A stretch of DNA of 64,000 nucleotides, taken from NCBI GenBank assembly GCA_044344255.1, contig JBIJDH010000004.1, positions 96,001-160,000 on the forward strand, in the 5' to 3' direction. The notes beneath the pieces were generated by a model. The model saw only the letters and a list, made by a program, of their open reading frames with translations. It ran no database searches and was not told where the DNA came from. This stretch comes from Myxococcota bacterium. Its GTDB lineage: Bacteria > Myxococcota_A > UBA796 > UBA2385. This document shows, piece by piece, positions 1 to 9,407 of this stretch. A program made the translations under genes and the position numbers. Position 1 is the first letter of the stretch. Each line of letters begins with the position of its first letter.

Positions 1-450
1 CGACTGCTCGCCGGCGGCCACCATGTTGATGTAGAGGTCGCCGAAGTCCTTGCCGCCGTGCTTTCGCATCGTGGCGGCGAGGCCGGAGCCCTGGTTGACG
101 TCCTCACGGACGGCGACCATCACGCTCTTCAGCTTGGGGTTCTCGATCTGTTCGATCAGGGCGGAGAGGGCCTCCACCATGGGAATGCCGGCCCCGATGA
201 GGGTTGCCATCTGGCCGGTCATCGTGGCGATGTCTTCGGTGCTGATACGCGCGAAGAGCTTGCCGAGATCGACCTCGACCGCGAGGCCCTTGCCGCGGGT
301 GGAGCTCCCGGCCTTCTGTTCCATCACCTCGGTCGTGAACACACCCTGGCGCCGCAGCTTGTTGCGGGCGCCCTTGGCGGAGTCGGCGTCGACCACGCCG
401 GCGGAGGTCTTTCCTGCGGCGTCGATTCCTTTGTACTCGTAGACGGCCAT
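1..450 (-). CDS. gspF: Type II secretion system inner-membrane platform protein GspF (5' part; runs off window start)
   Basis: Manual translation from ATG at 450: MAVYEYKGIDAAGKTSAGVVDADSAKGARNKLRRQG...TMTGQMATLIGAGIPMVEAL...REDVNQGSGLA...LYINMVAAGE. These are GspF/PilC motifs, and the gene lies directly downstream of gspE. Confidence 0.93.
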   Translation of the reverse strand, partial: MAVYEYKGIDAAGKTSAGVVDADSAKGARNKLRRQGVFTTEVMEQKAGSSTRGKGLAVEVDLGKLFARISTEDIATMTGQMATLIGAGIPMVEALSALIEQIENPKLKSVMVAVREDVNQGSGLAATMRKHGGKDFGDLYINMVAAGEQS

Positions 451-462
451 GGGGGAGAGGCT

Positions 463-496
463 CCAACCGGCACAGGGATACCAACCGGCACTGGGA
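463..496. repeat. Imperfect 16-bp direct repeat (period 18) in the gspE-gspF spacer
   Basis: CCAACCGGCACAGGGA at 463 and CCAACCGGCACTGGGA at 481. Confidence 0.8.
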
Positions 497-529
497 ACGG
501 GGGCCCGCGCGGCGCCCCCCACGGCCGGG

Positions 530-2248
530 TCAGTCGAAGGAGATCACGTCGTCCTGGGTGACACGCAGGACCTCATCGAGGGTGGTCTGGCCGGCCAGCG
601 CCTTGGCGATGCCGTCATCTCGTAGGGTGCGCATGCCCTTGACCGCACAGTGCTTCTTGATCTGGCCGGCGTCGGCGCCGCCGGTGACGAGGGCGCGGGT
701 CTCGTCGTCGACCACGAGCAGCTCGTAGATGCCCATTCGGCCGGTGTAGCCCTTCATGCTGCAGTTCGCGCAGCCCACGGCCCGATAGAGCTGGCCCCGG
801 ATGCGGTCGGGGTTGAGGCCGACGTCGCGGAGCTCGGCGGCGCTCGGCGTGTACTGTTCACGACAATCGGGGCAGATCCGGCGCACGAGGCGCTGGGCCA
901 GGATGGCGATGAGCGAGCTCGCGACGAGGAAGGGCTCGATGCCCATGTCGACGAGTCGGGTGAAGGCGGTCGCCGAGTCGTTCGTGTGGATGGTCGAGAA
1001 CACGAGGTGACCGGTGAGCGAGGCCTGGATCGCGTTCTCTGCCGTCTCCTTGTCGCGGGTCTCACCGACGAGGATGATGTCGGGGTCTTGGCGGAGGTGG
1101 GCGCGGAGCACGCTGGCGAAGGTGAGGTCGATCTTCGGGTTCACCTGGGTCTGACCGACCCCGCGCAGCTCGTACTCGATCGGATCCTCGATGGTGAGGA
1201 TGTTCTTGTCGGGCGAGTTGATCTCGGCCAAGGCGGAGTAGAGCGTGGTCGTCTTGCCGGAGCCGGTGGGCCCGGAGACGAGCACGATGCCGTGAGGCAG
1301 CCGGATGAGCTTGCGGAAGTGAGCCATCACCTCGGCGTCCATGCCCACCCGCTCGAGGTTGAAGACGCGCCCCTTCTCGAGGAGACGCATCACCACACGC
1401 TCGCCGTGCCGGACGGGCATGGTGCTTACGCGGACGTCGATCTCCCGGCCCGCCATCCGGGTGCGGATGCGGCCGTCCTGCGGGATGCGCTTCTCGGCGA
1501 TGTTCAGCCCAGCCATGATCTTGACGCGGCTGACGATCGAGGCCTGCAGGCGCGGGGGCGGCTTGACCACCTCGTAGAGGATGCCGTCCACGCGGAAGCG
1601 CACCACCAGCTCCTTCTCAAAGGGCTCGATGTGGATGTCGCTCGCCCGCTCCTTGATCGCCTGCGTGAACAGGGAGTTCACGAAGCGGATGATCGGGGCC
1701 TGGTTGGGGTCGTCCAGCAGGTCACCGTCGAGCGCGCCGAGCTGGATGCCACCGCTGTCCTCGGCCCCCTGGCTCTCGTCCATCTCCTCCATCACCGCGG
1801 TCGCGTTGCGGGTGGCCTTGTCGTAGGCGCGGTTGGTCGCCTCGCGCAGCACGATGGGCGGGACGAGGAAGGCCCGCACGTTCTTGCCGTAGAGCACGCG
1901 CAGATCGTCGATGGCGCCTTGGGAGCGCGGCGAGACCACCGCGGCCTCGACCATGTTGTCCTTGATCCACAGCGGGAGGATGCCGTACTCGCGGGCGAGG
2001 CCGAGGGGCAGCGGGCGGATGAGGTCGACGTCCACCGCGTCGACGTCGACCGAGGCGAGGAAGGGGAGCCCGCTCGTCTCGGCCAGGGTGCGCGCGAGGA
2101 TGGTGCCGTCCACGGACTCCGTGCGGACGAGGCTCTCGAGGAGGTTCATCCCTCCCTTCGCGGCCTGACTCCGGCCCTCCTCGATGCTCGCGGGGCTTAC
2201 GCCTCGGGCGACGAGGAGCCGGTCGATGGGTTCGCGGCGGATGGGCAT
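530..2248 (-). CDS. gspE: Type II secretion system ATPase GspE
   Basis: 572 aa. ASDIHIEP, Walker A GPTGSGKTT, TIEDPIEY, LRQDPDIILVGE, TGHLVFSTIHTN, CPDC/CANC zinc site, GRMGIYE. Confidence 0.96.
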   Translation of the reverse strand: MPIRREPIDRLLVARGVSPASIEEGRSQAAKGGMNLLESLVRTESVDGTILARTLAETSGLPFLASVDVDAVDVDLIRPLPLGLAREYGILPLWIKDNMVEAAVVSPRSQGAIDDLRVLYGKNVRAFLVPPIVLREATNRAYDKATRNATAVMEEMDESQGAEDSGGIQLGALDGDLLDDPNQAPIIRFVNSLFTQAIKERASDIHIEPFEKELVVRFRVDGILYEVVKPPPRLQASIVSRVKIMAGLNIAEKRIPQDGRIRTRMAGREIDVRVSTMPVRHGERVVMRLLEKGRVFNLERVGMDAEVMAHFRKLIRLPHGIVLVSGPTGSGKTTTLYSALAEINSPDKNILTIEDPIEYELRGVGQTQVNPKIDLTFASVLRAHLRQDPDIILVGETRDKETAENAIQASLTGHLVFSTIHTNDSATAFTRLVDMGIEPFLVASSLIAILAQRLVRRICPDCREQYTPSAAELRDVGLNPDRIRGQLYRAVGCANCSMKGYTGRMGIYELLVVDDETRALVTGGADAGQIKKHCAVKGMRTLRDDGIAKALAGQTTLDEVLRVTQDDVISFD

Positions 2249-2337
2249 GGTCTCTACTCGACGACTCTGGGTGAACAGCGCGCGGTGGGCTCAGGAGCGG
2301 GGAGGTGGGCGCGAGGCCTCGGGATCAGGGAGCGTCT

Positions 2338-4890
2338 TCAGGGAGCGTCTTCGGGGGGGTCTTCGGGGGCTCCCTTGCCCTCTGCGCGGGTGGCCGGCGG
2401 CGGAGGGTCGGCGTCCCCGCTCTGCTCTCCGACCATCTGGAACTTGGCGCCATCGTCGGAGGTGCCGCGGAAGCGGCTCGGCTTGTCGATCTGGTTCATG
2501 CTGTACGAGAGCAGGTTCTGCAGCTCGAGATCCTGGGCGGCCTTGCTCTTGCCGTAGAATCGGCGGAGGAACTCCTGCCGCTGGGCCCACTTGATCTGGT
2601 AGATCTCCTGGAGATCGATCGGCTCGTCGATGATGTGCGGCGTGAGGAAGATGAGCATGTTCGTCTTGCGGCTCGTCTTCTGCGTGCCGCGGAACAGCCG
2701 CCCGATCAGCGGGATGTCGCCGAGGATGGGCACCTTGGTCTCGGCGGTGCCGTCGGTCTCGCTGATGAGCCCGCCGATGACGATGGTCTGGTTGTCCTTG
2801 ACCACCACCGTGCTCTCCACCTGTCGCTTCGACGTGGTGGGCCCGCCTGCGTTGTCGGCGGTGCTCGACTCGATCTCCTGCACCTCTTGGAAGACCTCCA
2901 AGGTCACGTAGTTCGACTCGTTGATCTGCGGCTTCACCTTGAGGGTGATGGCCACATCTTCGCGTTGATACTGGGTGATGGAGTTCGAGAGGTTGGTCGT
3001 GCTCGCCGCGGTCGACATCGGGAAGGGCACGTTGCGACCGACCACGATCTTGGCCTCCTCATTGTCCATGGTGAGCACGTTGGGGGTGCTCAAGATGTTG
3101 ACGGAGGAGTTCTGCATGATCGCGTTCAGCGCGACGCCGAAGGCGGGGACCGGGATGGTGACCGTGCCGCCGCTGCCGGTGGGGTCGGGGATGTCGACGT
3201 CAAAGGAGCTGCCGAACATGCCGATGGCGAGGCCGGAGGGGTCGCTCGCGAGGCTGCTGGCGAAGGTGAGGGAGTCCCCGTTGAACTGCCCGGAGACGAG
3301 GCCCCAGCCCTCCCCCTTGCCGTCGATGCCGCGGTGTATGCCGATGCCGAGGCTGGAGCTGTCGTCGCTCGCGACCTCGAGGATCACGCACTCGACGAAG
3401 ACCTGCTTGCGGCGGATGTCGAGCTTGTCGATGACCTGCTTCAGGATCTCGAACTGGTCTGGGGTGGCGATGATCACGAGGGAGTTCGTGTTCTCGTCGC
3501 TGGTGATGCGGAGGCCCGACTCGAAGGCCGCCACCGCGCCGCCGCCCTCGCCGCCCTCGGCCCCTCCTTCGGCCGCCGCGGCCGCGGTGCGCCCGGCCCG
3601 GCCCCCGGCCGCCGCTGCCGCGCCGGTCGTCCCGCGCCGGGTGCGGGAGCTCGCCGCGCTCGAGGAGGAGCTCGAGCTCTTGGACTCGTTGGCGAGGTTG
3701 GAGAGCACGGTCGAGACGTCCTCGGCCTTCGAGTGCTCGAGGTAGACGACGTGGATCTGGGCGCGGCTGGAGGGATCGACGTCCACGTCGAGCTGGCCGA
3801 TGAGCTCCTTGACCGCCGCCATCGCCTCGTCGTTGGCCATCACGATCAGCGAGTTGGTGCGCTCATCGGCGATGATGCGGTCAATGTACTTCCCTTCAGA
3901 GCCCACGTTCGAGGAGGAGGCCTCCCCCCCGCCGTCGGTGGCGGCCGCGTCAGCGTTACGCTTGGAGCGTCGGGTGCGCCGAGCGGCCGCGTCCTCGCCG
4001 GTGGCGCTGGAGCGCGCGCTTGAGTCTGAGGCGTTGAGATTGTAGATCTGCTCGATCAGCTTCTGGATGTCGCTGGCGGTCGCGTTGACGATGGGGATGA
4101 TCTCCATCTTCGCCTTGGGGGCCGCGACGTCGAGCTGGCTGATGATCCGGTAGACGCGGCGAATGTTGTTCGCAGAGTCGGTGATGATGATCGTGTTCGT
4201 CGGCGCGTAGTTCAGGATCTTGGCGCCCTTACCGGCGAGGCCCTGCACGATGCTGCTGACGTCGGCGACGGCGATGTTCTCGAGCTGGATGATCTGGGTG
4301 ACGTAGTTGTCCGTCGCCGGGATGTTGCCGCCCTCGTACACCCGCAGCGGGTTGTTGGCGGCGCTCCCCGTGGGGACCACCTTTGTGGCCTGCCCCACGG
4401 TCACGGTGGTGTAGCCGGCCATCTCGAGGGCGGAGAGGAAGGCCTCGTAGGCCTCGGGCACCGACACGGGCTGGTGACTGATGATCGTCACCTCACCCTT
4501 CAGCTCATCGGTGAGGATGAAGTTCCGGCCCGTGATGTCGGCCATGTATTTGACGAGGTCGTTCAAGGACGTGTTGACGAAGTCCATGTTGACCTTCGCC
4601 CGAGGGTCGATCTGCGGCGCCTTCTGGCGACCGGGAGCCGCGGCTTCGGGCTCGCCGCCGTCGTCCTCGGCGTCGGTGGGGCCGCTCGAAGGAGGGGCCT
4701 TTTGGGGCTCCGGCTTCTCGGCCTCGGCGCCGGCCGGCGGCGGGGCAGGAGGCTGCTTCTTGTCCTGGCCCCAGGCCGCTCCGCCGAGCGCCGAGAGGGC
4801 CGCGAGGAGCAGGGCGGGGCGCAAGAGCCAGGAGCGCAGCGCGGAGGGGGCGGGGGTGCCGGAGCAGGGGAGCGGGCTCGTACGCGACAT
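2338..4890 (-). CDS. gspD: Type II secretion system secretin GspD
   Basis: 850 aa with signal peptide. N0 domain (NMDFVNTSLNDLVKYMADITGRNFI), repeated TNTIII/TNSLIV N domains, LDIRRKQVFVE, secretin motif GGLI...KVPILGDIPLIGRLF...NMLIFLTPHII. Confidence 0.95.
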   Translation of the reverse strand: MSRTSPLPCSGTPAPSALRSWLLRPALLLAALSALGGAAWGQDKKQPPAPPPAGAEAEKPEPQKAPPSSGPTDAEDDGGEPEAAAPGRQKAPQIDPRAKVNMDFVNTSLNDLVKYMADITGRNFILTDELKGEVTIISHQPVSVPEAYEAFLSALEMAGYTTVTVGQATKVVPTGSAANNPLRVYEGGNIPATDNYVTQIIQLENIAVADVSSIVQGLAGKGAKILNYAPTNTIIITDSANNIRRVYRIISQLDVAAPKAKMEIIPIVNATASDIQKLIEQIYNLNASDSSARSSATGEDAAARRTRRSKRNADAAATDGGGEASSSNVGSEGKYIDRIIADERTNSLIVMANDEAMAAVKELIGQLDVDVDPSSRAQIHVVYLEHSKAEDVSTVLSNLANESKSSSSSSSAASSRTRRGTTGAAAAAGGRAGRTAAAAAEGGAEGGEGGGAVAAFESGLRITSDENTNSLVIIATPDQFEILKQVIDKLDIRRKQVFVECVILEVASDDSSSLGIGIHRGIDGKGEGWGLVSGQFNGDSLTFASSLASDPSGLAIGMFGSSFDVDIPDPTGSGGTVTIPVPAFGVALNAIMQNSSVNILSTPNVLTMDNEEAKIVVGRNVPFPMSTAASTTNLSNSITQYQREDVAITLKVKPQINESNYVTLEVFQEVQEIESSTADNAGGPTTSKRQVESTVVVKDNQTIVIGGLISETDGTAETKVPILGDIPLIGRLFRGTQKTSRKTNMLIFLTPHIIDEPIDLQEIYQIKWAQRQEFLRRFYGKSKAAQDLELQNLLSYSMNQIDKPSRFRGTSDDGAKFQMVGEQSGDADPPPPATRAEGKGAPEDPPEDAP

Positions 4891-5984
4891 CAGCGGATCT
4901 CGTATTCGAAGGTCTGGCGTTGGTTGCGCCGGGTGATCTCGAAGTTGAAACTCTTCTCGTTCTGCAGCGAGTTGAAGGCTTCCATCCCGGCCGACATGCT
5001 GGTGAGGGTCTTGCCGTTCACCGCGTGGACCACGTCGCCATTCTTCACGCCGAGCTTGCCGAAGACGGACTTCTTGCGGATACCGCTGAGGCGATAGCCG
5101 TCGATCTCGCCGCTGGCGTCCTTGTGGGGGACGGCGCGGATCTGGGAGTAGAGCTTCTCGGGGTTGGCCAGCATCTCGTCGATGAGCGCCTGCTCGATGA
5201 CGAAGTGGGTGTCGTCGGCCTTGGAGACACCCGCGGTCTCCGTCTCGCCGCCGGCCGCCTCTCCGGCGGCCACGACCTTGTCGGGGTCCATCGCGAGGTA
5301 CTCGATGTCACCGTCGGAGCGACGGATGTAGACCTTCCGCTGCTCGATGCGGATGATCTTGGCCTCTCCGAGGAGGTCGTCGTCGATGCCGTAGCCCTGG
5401 GCGCCCGCTCGGCCGGACTTCTCTTCGGTGATGAGGGCCGAAGAGTACTCCGCGGGCTCGGTGACCACCGTGGCGAGCAGCACGACCTTGAGGTCGGTCT
5501 TGTGCTCTCCGCCGCTGATCTCGTCACCCTCGACCGCGGCCATACCAACCCGCGAGGAGTCGAAGATGTTGCGCGCGAGGATGGGCTCGACGTAGGCCGA
5601 CTTGCTCCCCGCCGCGGGAGGCCCGCCGGGGAAGGGCCGGCTGCGGTTGGTGGAAGGGGCGAGGATGTCCGAGCCGCCGAGGCCCTCGGTCGAGGAGGGG
5701 TCGTCGGGGCCTCCCGCGGGCAGGGGCCCGCCTTCGGGGGGGCCGCCGGCAGCCACGTCGTTCGATGGCTTACCGAGCCCCCGGTTCCCGGGGGTTGGCT
5801 TGGTTCTGGGCGTCGCGGGGGCGGCCTCCTGGACGTCGAGGGCGACCAGCGAGGCGCCCTCCGGCAACGCCAAGTAGTGGCCCCCCACGCGCGCCACGCC
5901 CATCGAGCCCAACCAGGAGGTCACGCCGACCCCCAGGAAGAGTCCGGCGATGGTCCAACGCTTTCGGGTGAGCGCATCAGCCAT
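4890..5984 (-). CDS. gspC: Type II secretion system protein GspC (TM, Pro-rich linker, HR domain, PDZ)
   Basis: 364 aa. N-terminal TM, ILARNIFDS, HR domain, C-terminal PDZ (GYRLSGIRKKSVFGKLGVKNGDVVHAVNG). Its stop codon overlaps the gspD start. Confidence 0.88.
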   Translation of the reverse strand: MADALTRKRWTIAGLFLGVGVTSWLGSMGVARVGGHYLALPEGASLVALDVQEAAPATPRTKPTPGNRGLGKPSNDVAAGGPPEGGPLPAGGPDDPSSTEGLGGSDILAPSTNRSRPFPGGPPAAGSKSAYVEPILARNIFDSSRVGMAAVEGDEISGGEHKTDLKVVLLATVVTEPAEYSSALITEEKSGRAGAQGYGIDDDLLGEAKIIRIEQRKVYIRRSDGDIEYLAMDPDKVVAAGEAAGGETETAGVSKADDTHFVIEQALIDEMLANPEKLYSQIRAVPHKDASGEIDGYRLSGIRKKSVFGKLGVKNGDVVHAVNGKTLTSMSAGMEAFNSLQNEKSFNFEITRRNQRQTFEYEIR

Positions 5985-6153
5985 GGTGGCTCCATGCGGT
6001 TCGCGCTGGGCGGGGCGATCGCAGGGGAGGGTGTCTAAGGTGGGTGGTCTTCATGGTCGGCGGGGCCCGTAGCTTCGTTTTCGCGGTCGCGCATCCACCG
6101 CGGACCTCCCCGGGGGGCGCGCAGCGACGGGCTGATGGTGCGGGGGATAACAA

Positions 6154-6169
6154 TGCAAGATGCGTGCCG
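6154..6169 (-). promoter_or_regulatory. Putative sigma54 (-24/-12) promoter of the gsp operon
   Basis: Minus strand reads CGGCACGCATCTTGCA, i.e. GG-N10-GC, close to consensus TGGCACG-N4-TTGCW. It lies about 170 bp upstream of gspC. Confidence 0.7.
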
Positions 6170-6212
6170 TTCGGGTCGGGCCCTCGACGACGACGTGCGG
6201 ACGGGGCGTTGT

Positions 6213-6225
6213 TGACAGACTGTCA
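6213..6225. promoter_or_regulatory. Palindrome TGACAG-A-CTGTCA, candidate transcription-factor/enhancer site
   Basis: Perfect 6-bp inverted repeat with a 1-nt centre in the divergent gspC/cyclase spacer, upstream of the sigma54 motif. Confidence 0.45.
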
Positions 6226-6397
6226 GAGGCTCATCGCGGCCTCGCCCCCCAAGGGACAGCCTGACCGTGACTCCGCGCTGGTCGGCGTCCGACGGCCGCG
6301 CTATGCAATGGGCCCGTTCGGCCCAGCTCGTCTTTCCCGTGTGCCTCTGCGCGCCCCCCGCGCAGCCGCTGGGCAAGGAGGGGCGGGAGGAGTCAAA

Positions 6398-7927
6398 GTG
6401 GCGACGCGCACGTGCACCGTCGTTTTCACGGATCTGGCCAATTACACGGCCTCCGTGGGGCGCTCCGATCGCGAGGGCCTGCGAAACCTCATCGCCATGC
6501 ACGAGAAGTTGGTCGCGCCGGTCCTGGAGCGCTTCGGCGGCCGTATCGTCAAGAACCTCGGCGACTCCTACATGGCCCTCTTCCCGGCGGCCACCGACGC
6601 AGTGCGGTCCTCGGTCGAGCTGGTCGATACCATCCCGAACAAGGGGACGGGCCTCTCGATCCGCGCGGCGATGGCCACGGGTGACGTGGAGGTCATCGAC
6701 GGTGACGCCTTCGGTGAGGCGGTCAACCTCGCGGCGCGTCTGCTGTCTCGCACGCCCGACGCCGAGATCTGGATGTCGGCGGCCACCCACCTGTGCATGA
6801 ACCTCGCCGAGATCGCCTGGGAGCCGGTGGGGCGGCACACCCTGAAGGGCATCGCGAGCGAGGTCGAGGTCTTCCGCGCCGTCACGGCCACCCGCGCGAT
6901 GCTCCCTGAGCCCGTGTCAGAGGCCGTCCGCACCGGTCGGCTCGTGCGCATCCAGCGGGGGGATCCGCTCCCTGCGCTGCCTCCGCGGCCGATTATCCTC
7001 CTCGAAGGATTTGTCCCGGCGAGCCCCCCGCTCCGAGATGTCGTAGACCGCCTGCCGGTGGTAGACCCCGCGAGCCTCTGGCTGGCCGCCTACAACATCC
7101 CGCCCGGTGACCGTATCGAGTGGCAGAAGGCGGGCCGCGGGCTGGTCATCGGACAGCCCGCCGGCATTGATCGCGCCATCCTCGAGACGGCCCGTCCCCG
7201 CGCCACCGCGGGCACCGACACCATCATCCTCGATGGCAACTCGTCCTTCGCGGGCGAGATCATGATGGCGGGCCTCGCGCTGCCCTCGGTGCCGATGAGC
7301 GAGGTGGTGGCCGGCTACACCTACGACCTCCTCTCGGATGGGCGCTGGGTGAACCGCAGCGACAGCTCGGTCGCCCGTGTCGATGTCTCCACCGACACCG
7401 TGGCCCTCACGATGCTCGCGCCGGGGGTGACCCTCGCAGGCCGCCAGATGAGCCCGGGCAAGCCTGTGATCCTCGAAGATGGAGACCGCATCTCCATCGG
7501 CAGCGGCCTCATCACCTATCGCGCGCTCCACCAGAAGGGGTACGCGGGCCTGCTCATCTCCGACTCCCTCGCCCGGCTCGGCGTGATGGCCGGTCAGCAG
7601 GCCGAGGTGGGTCGGGAGCCCAACTACCCCGGCCTCGCCCTCCCAGACCGCCGTGGCCAGGACAACGTTCGGTGGTGTGTGGGCGCGAGGGCGGCGCGAG
7701 CCAGAGAGAGCGGCTTTACCCTCGATCGGGCCCTCGCCGGTCGCCGCCATTGTGCCTTCTGCGCCGGCCCGGGAGGGGTCTCCGTGGTGAGCCTCCACGA
7801 GCGGTGCCACACCTATGTCTTGGCCGATGGGCGCTTGGACATCGTGGCCTCCTCCCGGCCGGTCGAGCCGGGAGACCTCATCATCGCCGGCACCAGCGTC
7901 ATCGAGCTGCTCGAACCCGCGAACTGA
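6398..7927 (+). CDS. Class III adenylate/guanylate cyclase with C-terminal FHA-like region
   Basis: GTG start after GGAGGAG, 509 aa. Catalytic motifs VFTDLANYT, VKNLGDSY (Lys = ATP specificity) and DAFGEAVNLAARL. The C-terminus has EVGREP...LAGRRHC...PGDLI, resembling an FHA domain. Confidence 0.85.
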   Translation: MATRTCTVVFTDLANYTASVGRSDREGLRNLIAMHEKLVAPVLERFGGRIVKNLGDSYMALFPAATDAVRSSVELVDTIPNKGTGLSIRAAMATGDVEVIDGDAFGEAVNLAARLLSRTPDAEIWMSAATHLCMNLAEIAWEPVGRHTLKGIASEVEVFRAVTATRAMLPEPVSEAVRTGRLVRIQRGDPLPALPPRPIILLEGFVPASPPLRDVVDRLPVVDPASLWLAAYNIPPGDRIEWQKAGRGLVIGQPAGIDRAILETARPRATAGTDTIILDGNSSFAGEIMMAGLALPSVPMSEVVAGYTYDLLSDGRWVNRSDSSVARVDVSTDTVALTMLAPGVTLAGRQMSPGKPVILEDGDRISIGSGLITYRALHQKGYAGLLISDSLARLGVMAGQQAEVGREPNYPGLALPDRRGQDNVRWCVGARAARARESGFTLDRALAGRRHCAFCAGPGGVSVVSLHERCHTYVLADGRLDIVASSRPVEPGDLIIAGTSVIELLEPAN

Positions 7928-7943
7928 GCGACCGACGCGGCGC

Positions 7944-9266
7944 TCAGCCCCGGACCGCCATCTCCCGAAGGGCGTCGGAGGGGAGCACGGGCCAGACGGC
8001 GCTGTTGTTGCGCACGGCCTGGGGGAGGCGCGCGAGCTGTGCGGCCGCCGAGGCCCGCACCTCCGTTAAGGCCGGGGCGGCGCGGAGGCGCGCTCCGTCT
8101 CGCACCACGGGCTGGAGCAGCAGCCTCCCGCCGCGTCCCTCGACCGCGCGCCCCTCGACCTCGAGGCAGAGCTCGTCGTGGTCGGCGAAGCGCGCGAGCT
8201 GCTTCCGGCCCGGCCAGGGGGAGGACCAGTGGCTGGTCACCGGGGTCGGATCGGGGCCTCGGGTCAGCTCGCTGATGCGGTAGGAGAGGCTCGGAGACGC
8301 GGCGCGGCCCCCGGAGGCGAGCGCGCTGCCCACGCCGTAGAGGTCGATCGGCGCGCCATCTCGGACGAGCTTGGACACCACGGCCTCGTCGAGGCTCCCG
8401 CTGCCGAGGATGCGCACGTGCTTCATCGCGTGGCGATCGAGGGAGCGGCGGAGCTCGCGGCTGGCCACGGCGAGGTCGCGGTGATCGAGGCGGACGGTGC
8501 GGAGGCTCGCGGCGATGGAGGCGAGCTCCGCCACCCCCTCGTGGGTGTCCTCGCCGGGCAGGTTGACGTGCCCGCAGTCTGGGAAGTGGAGGTGGAAGGC
8601 GTCGTAGGCGTCCGCGCTCTGGTCGTAGGCCGCGAGCATGGAGTCGGACATCACCACCCAGGGGGGGATGCCGAGCTGGCTGGCGGCGAGGGCGTTGGTG
8701 GTGGCCGCGCAGCCGCCGATCCAGGCCCCCCGCGCGGAGTGCCAGGCCGCCTCGGCCCCGGTGCAACGCCGGCTCCCGAAGTCAAGCACCGGCCGGCCCC
8801 CGGCCGCCTGAACGAGGCGGGCGGCCCGCGTGGCGACCCCGCAGGTCACGGTGAGGGTTTGAACGAGGCGGGTCTCGATGAGGCCGACGTGGACGAGGGG
8901 CGCGGTCACCCGGATCAAGGGCTCGCCGGGGAAGGCGGGGGTGCCCTCGGCCAGGGCGGAGATCTCCCCGTGAAAGCGGAAGTTACGCAGGCTGTCGAAG
9001 AAGCTCTGGCTCGTGCGGCTGAAGGCCGGCTGGGCGCGGAGCCAGCGGAGCTCCTCGTCGGTGAAGCGCATGGCCAGCACGGCGTCGATCGCCGGCTCGA
9101 TGCCGGCCGCGAGCATCCAGGACCAGGTGGGCGGGAGGTCCTTGACGTACAGGTCGAAGGTCGCCTCGCCCCACAGGCCGTCGGCGTGGTACACCGCCGC
9201 CTGGATGAGCTGGTAGAACTCGGTCTGTAGGCCGGTGCTTTCGGGCATGAACAACGGCGCGGGCAT
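7944..9266 (-). CDS. Nicotinate phosphoribosyltransferase (PncB) homolog with degenerate active site
   Basis: 440 aa. Scaffold motifs EGTPAFPGEPLIRVTAP, DFGSRR, GAPIDLYGVG and PGRKQ are present, but the GTxAHS, DTYD and RLDSGD motifs are altered (see findings). Confidence 0.85.
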   Translation of the reverse strand: MPAPLFMPESTGLQTEFYQLIQAAVYHADGLWGEATFDLYVKDLPPTWSWMLAAGIEPAIDAVLAMRFTDEELRWLRAQPAFSRTSQSFFDSLRNFRFHGEISALAEGTPAFPGEPLIRVTAPLVHVGLIETRLVQTLTVTCGVATRAARLVQAAGGRPVLDFGSRRCTGAEAAWHSARGAWIGGCAATTNALAASQLGIPPWVVMSDSMLAAYDQSADAYDAFHLHFPDCGHVNLPGEDTHEGVAELASIAASLRTVRLDHRDLAVASRELRRSLDRHAMKHVRILGSGSLDEAVVSKLVRDGAPIDLYGVGSALASGGRAASPSLSYRISELTRGPDPTPVTSHWSSPWPGRKQLARFADHDELCLEVEGRAVEGRGGRLLLQPVVRDGARLRAAPALTEVRASAAAQLARLPQAVRNNSAVWPVLPSDALREMAVRG

Positions 9267-9407
9267 GCCCCATCCTACCGCGAAGGGTCCCCGGCGGCAC
9301 GGAGTGGGCTGACCTGGGCGTGGAGAGGCCCGCCTCCATCCGGAGCCGGGCTCCCGAGCGGCGCCAGAAGCGGCTACGGGGGTCCGACCGGAGCGTGGGG
9401 GGCGGGT

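Noticed and set aside
1..5984. Type IV pilus (pilB/pilC/pilQ) rather than T2SS
   Set aside because: A PDZ-containing GspC and a secretin with N0-N3 domains in C-D-E-F order indicate T2SS.
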